Below, piece after piece: positions 9,793 through 19,975 of a stretch of 64,000 nt of DNA. This DNA comes from Chloroflexota bacterium (GTDB lineage Bacteria; Chloroflexota; UBA11872; VXOZ01), in NCBI GenBank assembly GCA_965219505.1, contig OZ244775.1:2750815-2814814 (forward strand). The letters run 5' to 3'. Position 1 is the stretch's first letter, and each line of letters starts with the position of its first letter. Position numbers and translations under genes: made by a program. Below the pieces are notes generated by a model that ran no database searches, was not told the origin of the DNA, and saw only the letters and a list, made by a program, of their open reading frames with translations.

Positions 9793-10815
9793 TCACCCGC
9801 GGTAGTGGATGACGCCAGGGACTGGCGGCCACTCCGGGATTCCCAAATCGTCGTACATCAATGGTCGGGCTACCTTGAACGCGGGTGCGTCGCGGTCCAG
9901 GAGCGCGAGTGGCGCGCCCGCGCGCATGAACTCCCCTGGCAGCCACAGTATGCCCTCCGTATCCCACGACCACAGCATGGTAGTTCCGGCCGCGGAAGTG
10001 TGGCGCACGAAGGGCGCGGTCAAGAGTCCCATGAACGTTAGGTGGATGCCGTCCCATTCTGTGGCAACGCGAGCCCAGTCCGGCACGAGCGTGCCGACCC
10101 CGGCCGGGCTATTGGGATGCTGATTGACGCGCGGAAAAGAAACGCAGAGCGCGTGCCAGTCGGCAGCTCCCGAAACCTCAAAGATGCGGGCCGTTTCGTC
10201 TATCTCGGCTGCGAATCTGCGGTGCGTCTCTACCATTCCCCAGTCTCCAACGCCCCACGCGATCACAGTGTCGAGGCACGCATACCCGCCGCTGAGCGTG
10301 GAAGTGATGCGCCCTTCCCTGGGACGTTGCGCGTAGTCCTCCCAACGGAAAGCTGGCTTGGGCGACGCCGCGCGGGAGGAGGTTCGCTTGAATTTGCGAT
10401 GTATGCGCTCCCAAATGTGGTGAGGCGGTGCCGAGCGGGAGGAGCTTGGGTACAGCGTGTCGTCCCTCACGAGCACCTGCCGTGTCGGGTCCATAGGAGC
10501 AGTCCACCAGCGGCTTTGCGGATGTGTCACAACCGCGCGCGCTAGGCTTGCCAGGTCTGCGCCGCGAGAAAGCGCGGCCGTGACGGCTCGTTCGAAATCC
10601 GCCGACCAGGGATTGAGAGCGTTCAAGGCGATCGCGGCGCGCGCGAACGCCTGAGGCGGTGTGACGGCGATTTCAATGGGCACCTCATCCCGCACTATCG
10701 TCAGCAAGAAAGCGCATCCCACCGGGCAGCGCAGCAGCCGGGCAGCCAAATCATCGGTCCGGGATTCCATTGAGCGCTGTTCCTTACCTATTGAAAGCCT
10801 GGACGCCGCAGTCAC
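9793..10815 (-). CDS. Hypothetical protein (340 aa)
   Basis: Long ORF with codon usage like the neighbours. No recognisable domain. Confidence 0.4.
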   Translation of the reverse strand: MTAASRLSIGKEQRSMESRTDDLAARLLRCPVGCAFLLTIVRDEVPIEIAVTPPQAFARAAIALNALNPWSADFERAVTAALSRGADLASLARAVVTHPQSRWWTAPMDPTRQVLVRDDTLYPSSSRSAPPHHIWERIHRKFKRTSSRAASPKPAFRWEDYAQRPREGRITSTLSGGYACLDTVIAWGVGDWGMVETHRRFAAEIDETARIFEVSGAADWHALCVSFPRVNQHPNSPAGVGTLVPDWARVATEWDGIHLTFMGLLTAPFVRHTSAAGTTMLWSWDTEGILWLPGEFMRAGAPLALLDRDAPAFKVARPLMYDDLGIPEWPPVPGVIHYRG

Positions 10816-10956
10816 CCACTGCTGCGTCCAGACGCAGGACTCCTAAGTCCAAGCATAGCATACCGATATGCTTCTTCCCTTGACAGCAAGCCGTGAATAC
10901 GCTGTACTGTAGCCAAGTTTCGTCTTGCGCATGTTGAAATTTTGGGAGGATTTGCG

Positions 10957-12003
10957 ATGACAGACAACGGCAAGCTTGGCGTAGGTGTGGTCGGCATCGG
11001 CTGGGTCTCGCACCAGCACATTGACACTCTGGTCAAGAATCCCCACACGGAAGTGGTCGGTCTCTGCAGCGCCAGCCGCGAAAACGCGGAGAACGCCAAG
11101 GAAGAGCACGGGCTCGCCAACGCCCACGTCTACACCGATTACGAGCAGATGATCAAGCAGGACAACCTGGACATGGTCTACATTTGCTCCACCAACGAGA
11201 AGCACGTGCCGCAGGTGCTGGCAGCGGCGGACGCCGGTAAGCACATGTTGATCGAGAAGCCCGCCGCGCTCAATTGGGAAGACATGAAAGCCATTGTGGC
11301 AGCGGTGGACAAAGCCGGCGTGGTGGCCTGCGAGGGCTTCGAATTGCACTGGAGCCCTTACTTCCTGATCGTGCACAAACTCATCAAGGCCAACGCCTTC
11401 GGTAACATCTTCTACGGCGAGTGCGACTATTTCAGCGCCAACTGGCCCCAGTGGTACGTCGGTTACCCCTGGGTGAAGACTCGTGAGCAAGGCGGTTCCG
11501 CGCTGGCGGCCGCGGGCTGTCACGCGGTAGACGCGCTGCTGCAATTCATGCCCGGCGAGGTCGATCACGTGGTGGGCCATTGGGGCAACTTCACGAAGAC
11601 CTTCGACTGGGAAGGCACCGTGCTCAGCGTCATTAGCTACAAGGACGGCCGCATCGGCAAGGTCGGCTGCATCCTGGAGGGTAACAACCCCTATTCGTTC
11701 AACGTCCGCTTGCATGGCGACCGCGGCACGTTGGTGGGCAATAAGTTTCATTCGGAGACCCTGATCGGCGAGCGCATGACCGAGCAGACCGATTGGGCGA
11801 CCTTCGAGACGATCATGCCGGATACGCCTGAGGTCGCGCACCACCCCTTCCAGCCGCAGACGGACCACATCATCGACTGCATCCTGAACAACAAGAAGCC
11901 GGAAGTGGATGTCCACGACGCATTGAAGATCGACGAGGTCATCTTCGCGTTAGAGCGGTCGGCCGGTATGGGCGGCACGCCCGTCAAGCTGCCGTTGGAG
12001 TAA
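10957..12003 (+). CDS. Gfo/Idh/MocA-family oxidoreductase
   Basis: GVVGIGWVSHQH Rossmann motif, MLIEKPAA motif, C-terminal alpha/beta domain. RBS GGGAGGA 7 nt upstream of ATG at 10957. Confidence 0.85.
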   Translation: MTDNGKLGVGVVGIGWVSHQHIDTLVKNPHTEVVGLCSASRENAENAKEEHGLANAHVYTDYEQMIKQDNLDMVYICSTNEKHVPQVLAAADAGKHMLIEKPAALNWEDMKAIVAAVDKAGVVACEGFELHWSPYFLIVHKLIKANAFGNIFYGECDYFSANWPQWYVGYPWVKTREQGGSALAAAGCHAVDALLQFMPGEVDHVVGHWGNFTKTFDWEGTVLSVISYKDGRIGKVGCILEGNNPYSFNVRLHGDRGTLVGNKFHSETLIGERMTEQTDWATFETIMPDTPEVAHHPFQPQTDHIIDCILNNKKPEVDVHDALKIDEVIFALERSAGMGGTPVKLPLE

Positions 12004-12536
12004 GACCTGCAGATTGGCGACCGATCCGAGAATTAAAGGTACGGTCGGCCCATTGACAGCCAGCCCCGCGATGGAGCGGGAAACGGGAACGCTACTAGCA
12101 AGCCCTTCCGTTGCATGGCACGGGGCGCTGAAGACGGTCTTGGAATGCGCCGGAGAGATGCAGATTCTCCGGCGCATTCACTATGCTCAGGGGACTGGGT
12201 TTGGACACAAGTTGTACCAGGCCCCCACAAGGCTTGAAACAATGTGCTCAGACATTTCGCTGACAAATGCCAAGAAATGGCGCTACGGATTGGTGCGCTC
12301 TGCCAAGGAGATGAGCATGTCATTCCGAACGGAGCGCAGCGCAGTGAGGAATCTGGAGTCCATGCCACACTTGGTCCAATAGGTCTAGCACTTTAGATTC
12401 CTCACCCCGTTCGGAATGACACAAATCGCCGGCAGTAACTGGCAGAGAGGTGCTTATATTAGGTAGTCATGCAGCAGTAACTATCTTGTAGTCTTCCTGA
12501 ATCCAATCCATTCACTCACAAGAATTCCAACCAGTC

Positions 12537-13115
12537 ATGACACTCTTTTCTTCTCGGCGCGAGCGCCGCCTTTGGCTGTGGGTGTTGGTTGTCATGGCGG
12601 CGATCTATGCCACCCTGGGATTGGCGCAAACGCTGGCTGAAACATTGCGAGAGCGGGGCCTGCTGGATATCTCCATCGGTCTCTTTCTCCTCAGTATGTT
12701 CCTTGTGGGGGCAACCGTCCTCACGCAGGGGCTGAAGGTGCGGCCGGGCGGAGCGGAAGTCGCCGTGGTCGTCGGTGTCGCCACCGCCTACCTGCTGGTA
12801 CTCACACGAATGACGGTCCCGACCGAGCGCTCGCACCTAATCGAGTACGGCGTGGTGGGCGTCCTCATTTACGAGGCGCTCACGGAGCGTGCGAGCCAAG
12901 GCCGTCACGTGCCGCTGCCGCCCCTGCTCGCCGTCCTGGCAACCGCAGTACTGGGCGTGCTCGACGAAAGCATCCAGGCGATATTACCCAACCGCGTCTT
13001 CGATCCGGTAGACATCCTGTTTAATCTGCTCGCCGGTACCATGGCCGTAGGCGCCAGCGTAGCGCTGGCGTGGGCGCGGCGGTGGACTCGGTTACAGCGG
13101 TTGGGGTTGAAATGA
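12537..13115 (+). CDS. VanZ-like family membrane protein
   Basis: 192 aa, 4-5 TM helices, conserved HLIEYGVVGVL and LDESIQAILPNRVFDPVDILFNLLG motifs of the VanZ family. Confidence 0.6.
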   Translation: MTLFSSRRERRLWLWVLVVMAAIYATLGLAQTLAETLRERGLLDISIGLFLLSMFLVGATVLTQGLKVRPGGAEVAVVVGVATAYLLVLTRMTVPTERSHLIEYGVVGVLIYEALTERASQGRHVPLPPLLAVLATAVLGVLDESIQAILPNRVFDPVDILFNLLAGTMAVGASVALAWARRWTRLQRLGLK

Positions 13116-13413
13116 ACAAGCCCAAGTGGCGGGCAGCGCACGTGTCCCCGCCAACCTACTCACGAAGGATAGGGTACAATTTTGCCTGAAGAATCCTTAA
13201 CTCTGTAGGCCTTTCCATTGGAGGTCTCGTGTCCCTTCAGTTCATCCTCACTGAATGTTGCCCTCACCCCCGTATCAAGTACGGGGCAGGCTCTGGCCCT
13301 CTCCCTCGGGAGAGGGGACAGTCTCGGAGCCTGGCCATCTCCCTAAACCAAATGGAGATGGTACTTGGTGCAGAAAAAGCGGCGTGAACCAAAAGCGAGA
13401 GAGAGTTGATCGT

Positions 13414-15003
13414 ATGAGCATCGATACCGGTCTGCTGGCACACTGGAAATTCAACGGCGATTGCCGGGACTCTTCCGACAGCGGCAATCACGGCACGAAT
13501 CGCGGCGCCGATCTCGCGGCTGTGGGTCGGGACGGCAATCCCTATGGCGCAGCGGGCTTTGACGGCCGTACCGCATATGTAGAGGTTCCTATCAGCGACT
13601 CGCTGGCTCTCGTCGGCGGTGACTTCACGCTCTCCGCCTGGGTGGAACTGCCGCCCGACGGCGCCAACCTACACGGCGACATCCTCAGCAAATTCGATCC
13701 TGCCACCCGCACCGGCCTGAACTTCGGTACCTTGAATTACGCCGGAGTCACCGCTGCCCAGGCCCACCATCGCAATCTGCACTTTGGCATCGACGACGGC
13801 CTGCAAGAGCCGTCATGGAGCGACTGCGGCCGACCGGGCAACAATCTGCGCGTCTACTCCCTGGCCGTCTACAACGGCGACCTCTACACCGGCACCTTCG
13901 AATGGGGCGCGGACGAGGCCGGGCACGTGTACCGCTACGCGGGCGGCCAGACGTGGGAAGACTGCGGCAGCCCCGATCAAAGCAATACCGTGGCATCGCT
14001 GGCCGTGTTCAAAGGTGACCTCTATGCCGGTACTTCCCGCTATAAGGCCGGTGGCTCCGCGCTGGAGGATTCGCCGAACAAGCATCCCGGCGGCGCTATT
14101 TACCGCTACACGGGAGATGCCACTTGGGAGTACTGCGGCCGTCTCGAAGGCGCCGACTCCATTGCCGGTATGGCCGTGTACAACGGCGAACTCTACGCCA
14201 TTCCGCTGTACAGCCAGGGCGTCTTTCGCTACGTGGGCGGACAAGAGTGGGAATACTGCGGCACGCCCGGCCGCCGCATGATGGCGATCACCGTCTACAA
14301 GGGACACCTCTATGGCGCGGGCAACGAGGGCGGCGGCGTCTTTCGTTACGACGGCGGCACCCAGTGGACGCCCTGCGGCTTCCAGGAGGGAGTCACCCAG
14401 GTATACTCGTTCGCCGCCTATCAGGGCGAGCTCTACGTCGGCACCTGGCCTAACGGTACCGTCTTCCGTTGGGACGGCAAGGAAACGTGGGAGAGCGTGG
14501 GCCGCCTGGAAGAAGAGAAGGAAGTCATGGCAATGGCGGTCTACAACGGCAAGCTCTACGCGGGCACGTTGCCATTGGCAAACGTCTATCGCTACGAGGG
14601 CGGTACCACCTGGACCAATACGGGCCAATTGGACACCACGCCGGACGTGAAATACCGGCGGGTGTGGTCGATGGCGGTTTTTGAGGGTAAGCTCTTCGGC
14701 GGCACGCTGCCGTCCGGCCGGGTCTATTCCCTGCATGCCGGCGCCAACGTGACGTACGATTTCGCACTAGGCGTAGGTTGGCGCCATCTTGCCGCCGTGC
14801 GGGAAGGGAATCATCTCAGGCTCTACGTCGACGGCGTGCAGGTGGCAGAATCCGCCGACACAGCGCATGTTCCTACCTCCATTGCAAACGACCGTCCGCT
14901 GCGCATTGGGTTCGGCCAGCACGACCACTTCAACGGCAGCATGGCCGACGTGCGCGTGCACGGCCGCGCCCTTAACTCCGACGATATCGCTGCGCTCCAG
15001 TAG
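13414..15003 (+). CDS. Secreted LamG/concanavalin-A-like lectin-fold protein whose jelly-roll is split by seven ~45-aa beta-propeller-like repeats
   Basis: N-terminus (LLAHWKFNGD...GFDGRTAYVEV...DFTLSAWV) and C-terminus (WRHLAAVREGNHLRLYVDGVQVAES...MADVRVHGRALN) together form one LamG_3-type domain. Between them sit seven repeats of h-x-x-h-A-V-Y-x-G-x-L-Y-x-G-T...V-F/Y-R-Y-x-G-G-x-x-W. ATG at 13414 with GAGAGAGAG RBS. Confidence 0.6.
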   Translation: MSIDTGLLAHWKFNGDCRDSSDSGNHGTNRGADLAAVGRDGNPYGAAGFDGRTAYVEVPISDSLALVGGDFTLSAWVELPPDGANLHGDILSKFDPATRTGLNFGTLNYAGVTAAQAHHRNLHFGIDDGLQEPSWSDCGRPGNNLRVYSLAVYNGDLYTGTFEWGADEAGHVYRYAGGQTWEDCGSPDQSNTVASLAVFKGDLYAGTSRYKAGGSALEDSPNKHPGGAIYRYTGDATWEYCGRLEGADSIAGMAVYNGELYAIPLYSQGVFRYVGGQEWEYCGTPGRRMMAITVYKGHLYGAGNEGGGVFRYDGGTQWTPCGFQEGVTQVYSFAAYQGELYVGTWPNGTVFRWDGKETWESVGRLEEEKEVMAMAVYNGKLYAGTLPLANVYRYEGGTTWTNTGQLDTTPDVKYRRVWSMAVFEGKLFGGTLPSGRVYSLHAGANVTYDFALGVGWRHLAAVREGNHLRLYVDGVQVAESADTAHVPTSIANDRPLRIGFGQHDHFNGSMADVRVHGRALNSDDIAALQ

Positions 15004-15257
15004 GCCACATAGACGCCTGCTACTTTCAAGACCCTCGTTGAAATCCGCTCTTATAGAGCGGGTTTCTCCATTTGCACCCTTGACTACACACCGTTAATCG
15101 CGCTAGAATCCGTTTCAAGCCTTCTAGGAGTCGTCAAGGCAGGATTGAACTTCTGGAGAGGTGGAAGTGAGTGCCGCACGGTCGACAGCCACCCCATCTC
15201 GCAAGGCAGTGGTGTGTGTTCGGAATAACGCCTACCAGGCAGGAGGTATCGGTTCTG

Positions 15258-16658
15258 ATGAAGAGTCGTACTGAATTCCACGTTACACGGCGAAGTATGC
15301 TCGCAGGCACCGGAGCTGCGGCGGGAGCGGTGCTCTTTGCCGCGTGTGCAGAAGGCGGGATGGCGCCCGCTACAGGGGAAGCGCCTGCGTCCGAGGACAT
15401 GAAGAAGTCAGAAGAAATGCCGATGGAAGAGATGCTGCCCGTGAACTTCTGGGCCATCGACATGGGCGGCAGCAACTGGGTGCAGGGCATCGGCGAGGAA
15501 ATTGTCGCCGAGTTCCACGAGGCCAACCCTGGCGAAGAGGTCAACGTGATCGTCACCACCTACGGTGACACCATCAACAAGCTGCCGACCGTGGTCGCCG
15601 GCGGCATCCCGCCCGACATCTCCTACATCGACGCCTATTTGCCGAAAGACTTTGGGGTGCGCGGCATTGCCGCAGACATCACGAATTATGTCAAGTCATC
15701 GACCGTAATCGACGCGGATGACTACTACCCCCGCGTCGTTTACGACTCGACCTACCGCGGCCACTGGTTCGGGTTGCCCTGGGCGCCCACGGTCTTTACC
15801 TACTTTTACAACAAAGACGTCTTCGTGGAAGTGGGTCTGGATCCAGACGCGGGACCCTCGAATTGGGACGAGCTCGACGCGGCAATCCAGCAAACGCTTA
15901 GGAAAGAGGGCGACAACATCGAGCGACTCGGCTTCTGGTACGGCAACAGCTCCCTGGTCTGGTGGCTGGTGCCCTTCTGGCAGCAGGGCGGCCGCCTGCT
16001 CAGTGACGATGAGTTGACGTCCACCATCGACAACGAGACGATGGTTACCGCGTTCGACTTGACGTTGCGTTTCTTCGACCTCCAGGGCGGCCTGGACGCG
16101 ATGAACGAATTTAGGGGCGATGAGCGGCATCAACACCTCTTCTCCACCGGCCGCTGCGCCATGTGGACCGACGTGATGAACATCACCCGCTTCGCGCAGT
16201 ATGAGGAGAACTTCGCCAAGATCAACGTCGGGGTGGACACGTACCCGGTGGCCGAGGGCGGCTCGCCCGCGGCGTATCGCGGCGGCGGCGCGCACCTGAT
16301 GCCCGAGGGTTCCAACAACCCGGACGGCGCGTTCAAGTTCCTCGAGTGGCTCTTCCTGGAGCCCAACGACCGTCGCTTCAACGACGTGCGCGACAGTCTG
16401 CCGGCCCGCCGTTCGGTGGCCCAAAGCGCCGAATTCACGCAGGGCGACCCGCTGCGCATCCAAGGCGCCCGCGAGATGGACGGCGCCCAGTGGGTGGTGA
16501 GCGCCCCCGGCGGACGCAAGATCATCGGCATCCACGTGCGGATGGCAAGCTCCATCTGGAAGCGCGAGAAGACCGTGCCGGAAGCGCTCGCCGACGGCAA
16601 CACGCAGGTGCAGCAGGCGCTGGACGAGGCGTTGGAAAACTCAGTCGTCGATTTCTAG
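15258..16658 (+). CDS. ABC transporter substrate-binding lipoprotein (family 1), paralog of 8052-9449
   Basis: MKSRTEFHVTRRSMLAGTGAAAGAVLFAACAEG signal with AGGAGG RBS. Shares YRGHxFGLPW and FYNxD..EVGLDP blocks with the first SBP. Confidence 0.8.
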   Translation: MKSRTEFHVTRRSMLAGTGAAAGAVLFAACAEGGMAPATGEAPASEDMKKSEEMPMEEMLPVNFWAIDMGGSNWVQGIGEEIVAEFHEANPGEEVNVIVTTYGDTINKLPTVVAGGIPPDISYIDAYLPKDFGVRGIAADITNYVKSSTVIDADDYYPRVVYDSTYRGHWFGLPWAPTVFTYFYNKDVFVEVGLDPDAGPSNWDELDAAIQQTLRKEGDNIERLGFWYGNSSLVWWLVPFWQQGGRLLSDDELTSTIDNETMVTAFDLTLRFFDLQGGLDAMNEFRGDERHQHLFSTGRCAMWTDVMNITRFAQYEENFAKINVGVDTYPVAEGGSPAAYRGGGAHLMPEGSNNPDGAFKFLEWLFLEPNDRRFNDVRDSLPARRSVAQSAEFTQGDPLRIQGAREMDGAQWVVSAPGGRKIIGIHVRMASSIWKREKTVPEALADGNTQVQQALDEALENSVVDF

Positions 16659-16689
16659 CCCGCTAGAGCTCTGCAAACGCACTTTGCGC

Positions 16690-16727
16690 AATTCGCACGC
16701 GTGGGAAGTCCCACGCGTGCGTTTGCT
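16690..16727 (+). terminator. Terminator-like perfect palindrome GCACGCGTGGGA-AGT-CCCACGCGTGC
   Basis: 12-bp perfect stem immediately downstream of the SBP stop, followed by GTTTGCTT. Confidence 0.4.
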
Positions 16728-16936
16728 TAAGGTAGGCTATTCTCAATCAACGATTGGCCTGCTGGCCCCAGCACCAATAGAAAGCAATTCCCTTAGTGCA
16801 CCCACCTCATTCGTCCACTGGCGGTACAGCTTCGCATGATCTTTTAGACCTTCAAACTTGCAAACTGGAGGTAATTCGCTATCCTTAGTATAGTATATAT
16901 AGCGAATATTCCCTGCAGCGAATACTAATATCCTTC

Positions 16937-18340
16937 ATGAGCACTTCTGCACTCACGCTTGCCCCGGTCGAAGCCTTGTGTGAAGAGGACGTAGCGCAGC
17001 TCTGGCAGGCGTGCCCTTGGGGCGCAACACTCCTCCCCACTACGGCCGGCGAGCGGATTCAGGTGGTCTATCCGGGACGCCGCAATCTAGGCCCTGGGCC
17101 GGACTTCCTCGATGCCATCATCGCGTTGGACGGCCGCAGGCTGCGCTACGGTCACATAGAAGTACATTCCGCCGCCTCTGCTTGGCGCACGCACGGTCAC
17201 GCGTCCGATCCGGCCTACCACAACGTCATGCTCCACGTGGTGTGGGAAGACGACGGGCCGATTGGAGGCGGGCCGCTGCGCACGCTGGCGCTGGCGTCGT
17301 ACTTTCCTGACGGTTTGCCGGAACAGTATGTGGCGCAGCAACTGCCGTCGTTCCAGCCTTGCGCAGACCTCCACACCAAGTCCGACGCCATGACCGTCGG
17401 CATGCTCTTCGCGACGTTGGGCGAACGGCGCATGCGCAAGAAAGCGGCGCAGATGCTGGCTGCCATCGAACAAACTGGGCCGGAGCAGGCGCTCTATGCA
17501 ACTCTCCTCGATGCGCTCGGCTACAGTCAAAACCGGGAGCCATTCCGCCAACTCAGTGAGGCCCTGCCCTGGTCGGTGGTGGCGGCAAGCTTGGGCGGAA
17601 AGGCCGCTGCGGCTCTGCACGGCGAAGCGCTCTTCCTCGGCGCAGCGGGGCTGCTGCCCTCCCAACGCGACACTGCCACGCGCACGGGCACGGCATGCCG
17701 TGCCCCTACCGCTCACGATCGGGCATATGTACGGGAACTTGAGACGCTGTGGCAGCAGTTTCACTTAGAACCGGCGGTACCCACTACGGCCTGGGTGCGC
17801 GGCGGCGTGCGCCCCGTGAATGCCCCCGCGCGGCGCGTGGCAGCGGCGGGTCACCTCTGCGCCCGGCTTGCGGAGACGGGACCGGTGCAATTCTGCCTAG
17901 CATTCCGTGAAGAATTGGATCAGCCGCAGTTACGCCAACAGATGGTTAATGCGTTCGCGCTACCGGCGTCTTGCTCACGCTATTGGGCCTCTCGTTGTGA
18001 CTTCGGGGTCCCGTTGCGCGGCGCGCCACAGAGCCTCATAGGCGCGGAACGCGCCCGTGAAATTCTGATCAACGTGTTGCTGCCGTTCATGTTCGCTCTC
18101 GGCGAGCACACCGGCGACTCCGGCGTATCCGACTGGGCCGTCGCCTGCTTGCGTCATGCGCCGGCCGGCGGCATGAACCGACTCATCCGGAGCATGGGTG
18201 ACGACGTATTCGGCTTGCCGACAAAATACGTGCCCATGACTGCCGCTCGCCACCAGGGCATACTGCACATTTACCATGCATGGTGTCGGGAGAAGCGCTG
18301 CGACTCTTGTGCCGTGGGGCAAATGCTGGCGGAACGGTAG
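16937..18340 (+). CDS. DUF2851-family protein
   Basis: 467 aa. N-terminal ...VVYPGRRNLGPGPDFLDAII...HIEVH block matches the DUF2851 family as I remember it. Confidence 0.5.
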   Translation: MSTSALTLAPVEALCEEDVAQLWQACPWGATLLPTTAGERIQVVYPGRRNLGPGPDFLDAIIALDGRRLRYGHIEVHSAASAWRTHGHASDPAYHNVMLHVVWEDDGPIGGGPLRTLALASYFPDGLPEQYVAQQLPSFQPCADLHTKSDAMTVGMLFATLGERRMRKKAAQMLAAIEQTGPEQALYATLLDALGYSQNREPFRQLSEALPWSVVAASLGGKAAAALHGEALFLGAAGLLPSQRDTATRTGTACRAPTAHDRAYVRELETLWQQFHLEPAVPTTAWVRGGVRPVNAPARRVAAAGHLCARLAETGPVQFCLAFREELDQPQLRQQMVNAFALPASCSRYWASRCDFGVPLRGAPQSLIGAERAREILINVLLPFMFALGEHTGDSGVSDWAVACLRHAPAGGMNRLIRSMGDDVFGLPTKYVPMTAARHQGILHIYHAWCREKRCDSCAVGQMLAER

Positions 18341-18540
18341 CAGCGGTTGGAGGGAACTCCTTCACTTGAGCTCCTCGTTCGCTCTCCGATGCGGAGCTTC
18401 CCTCGAAACTCTTCACGGGCAAGCCTATTGAGCACGCGAAGATGGATTCCGGCTTCCGCCGGAATGACGGCCCCCCGAGGCCGGCCCACCCGTAGCCGAC
18501 CATGTTTGTCCTGACGCGAATGAGGTCTTGTCTACTTGGT

Positions 18541-19536
18541 TTATCCGTGCAAGAGCACGCGCTCGCCGCTCTCTGCCGCCTGATAGATTCCCTGCACGAT
18601 TTCCACGGCCCGCTTGCCGTCCTCGCCAGTGACGAGCGGCGCGCGCGATTCCCGGATGCTGGCCACAAACTCGCCGTCCTCGCGTATGAACTGGCTGCGG
18701 TCGCGGGGGAACGTCATTGTTTCCCACTCCTGGTCCTCCGCACCCGCTACCTTGAGGTGCCGCCAGGTCGCGATCTCCATGGCGCCGTTTGAACCCGTCA
18801 CCTCGGCGCGGCAACGGCCCATCGTGGGCGCCGCAATCAACGAGATTTCCATGGTCGCCGTAGCGCCGTTCGCGAATTCGAGATGCGCCACCCCGTGGTC
18901 CTCCCCCTCGGTACGCGCGCCGTAGTGGCCGATGTTGGCGGTGATCGCCGTAACCTCCGCTCCGATCCACCAGCGCAACCGGTCGGCGCTGTGCACGCCG
19001 TTGTCCATGAACACACCGCCGCCAGCTAGGGCACGCACACCGCGCCAGCCCAAGTCCTTGGTGCGAGTAGCGCCCATAATGGAATCGTGGATGTGGAGCA
19101 CGTCGCCGATGGCCCCCTCACGTAACAATTCCAGCGCCCGCACATTTTCTAACATGAACCGGTGCGTATGGCCCACCATGAGGTTCACGTTAGCTTTCCT
19201 GCAGGCGGCGATGATGGTGTCGCACTCTTCCACCGTCACCCCCAGCGGCTTTTCGCAGAGCACGTGCTTGCCGGCCTGCGCCGCAGCGATCGCGGCTTCA
19301 CCGTGCAGCGCATGGGGCAGACAGATTATGACCGCATCTACCGCCGAGTTGTCCAGAACGGCGCGGTAGTCAGTATCGACCTGCGCCACGTCGTGCGCAG
19401 CCGCAAACGCGCGCACGGCTGCTTCATTCACGTCCGCCGCAGCCACGATCCGCGCCTGGGGAACAGATGCCAACCCGCGCGCGTGCGACTGCGCTATGCC
19501 TCCTGTACCCGCTAAGCCGATGTTCACCATATCCAT
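18541..19536 (-). CDS. Gfo/Idh/MocA-family oxidoreductase
   Basis: Start at MDMVNIGLAGTGGIAQSH (AGAGGAG RBS). CEKPLGVTVEE motif and C-terminal domain. The 27 extra upstream codons in the ORF track lack an RBS. Confidence 0.85.
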   Translation of the reverse strand: MDMVNIGLAGTGGIAQSHARGLASVPQARIVAAADVNEAAVRAFAAAHDVAQVDTDYRAVLDNSAVDAVIICLPHALHGEAAIAAAQAGKHVLCEKPLGVTVEECDTIIAACRKANVNLMVGHTHRFMLENVRALELLREGAIGDVLHIHDSIMGATRTKDLGWRGVRALAGGGVFMDNGVHSADRLRWWIGAEVTAITANIGHYGARTEGEDHGVAHLEFANGATATMEISLIAAPTMGRCRAEVTGSNGAMEIATWRHLKVAGAEDQEWETMTFPRDRSQFIREDGEFVASIRESRAPLVTGEDGKRAVEIVQGIYQAAESGERVLLHG

Positions 19537-19747
19537 ATACACCGCTCCTCTCTTGTTAGTCCATATCCCGCGCCACAACCAACGCTGGAGAGTACAAACT
19601 ATGCGGCAGGTGCGCAATCAACGCAAACATGCGCCACCGGTCACTTCCTTCGCACTCTGTCGTTTCATTCTATACGCACTCCCTGTACGCCTGCACCGCA
19701 TGGTATACTGGAACCGTCTTACTGGCGTATACCGTATGCCGCCACTA

Positions 19748-19850
19748 GGGCCGCTAGGGGAGCCGCATGGCTGAGAGATTCTGCTTGCGAGCAGGGCAAC
19801 CCTTAGAACCTGAACTGGATCATCCCAGCGGAGGGAAGCGGCAGAACCTG
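19748..19850 (+). promoter_or_regulatory. TPP (THI-box) riboswitch in the leader of the thiG operon
   Basis: Contains the THI-element core ...GGGGAGCC..GCUGAGAGAUUCUG...ACCCUUAGAACCUGAACUGGAUCAUCCCAGCGGAGGGAAGCGG. The CUGAGA box and ACCYUUGAACCUGAUCUGGAUAAUGCCAGCGUAGGGAA-type 3' half sit ~120 nt upstream of thiG. Confidence 0.8.
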
Positions 19851-19975
19851 AAGACACTGCCGCAAACCGCTCTCCTCACTGTGAAGCGGTTTCTTGTATT
19901 TTGCGGGGAAGAGAGGGTGCGAGTGGCAGGCAGTCCCCTTCTCATCTACCCGCACCATGTGGAAAAGGAACGACA

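Noticed and set aside
10843-11916. 357-aa ORF antisense to the Gfo/Idh/MocA gene
   Set aside because: Lies entirely within and opposite a well-supported gene. High-GC antisense frames commonly stay open. No RBS or domain.
13813-14736. 307-aa ORF antisense to the LamG/propeller gene, plus several overlapping Arg/Pro-rich ORFs
   Set aside because: Composition-driven open frames opposite a repeat-rich gene. The sense strand has clear repeat periodicity and RBS.
15696-16535. 279-aa ORF antisense to the second SBP gene
   Set aside because: Same reasoning. The SBP frame has a signal peptide, RBS and a paralog.
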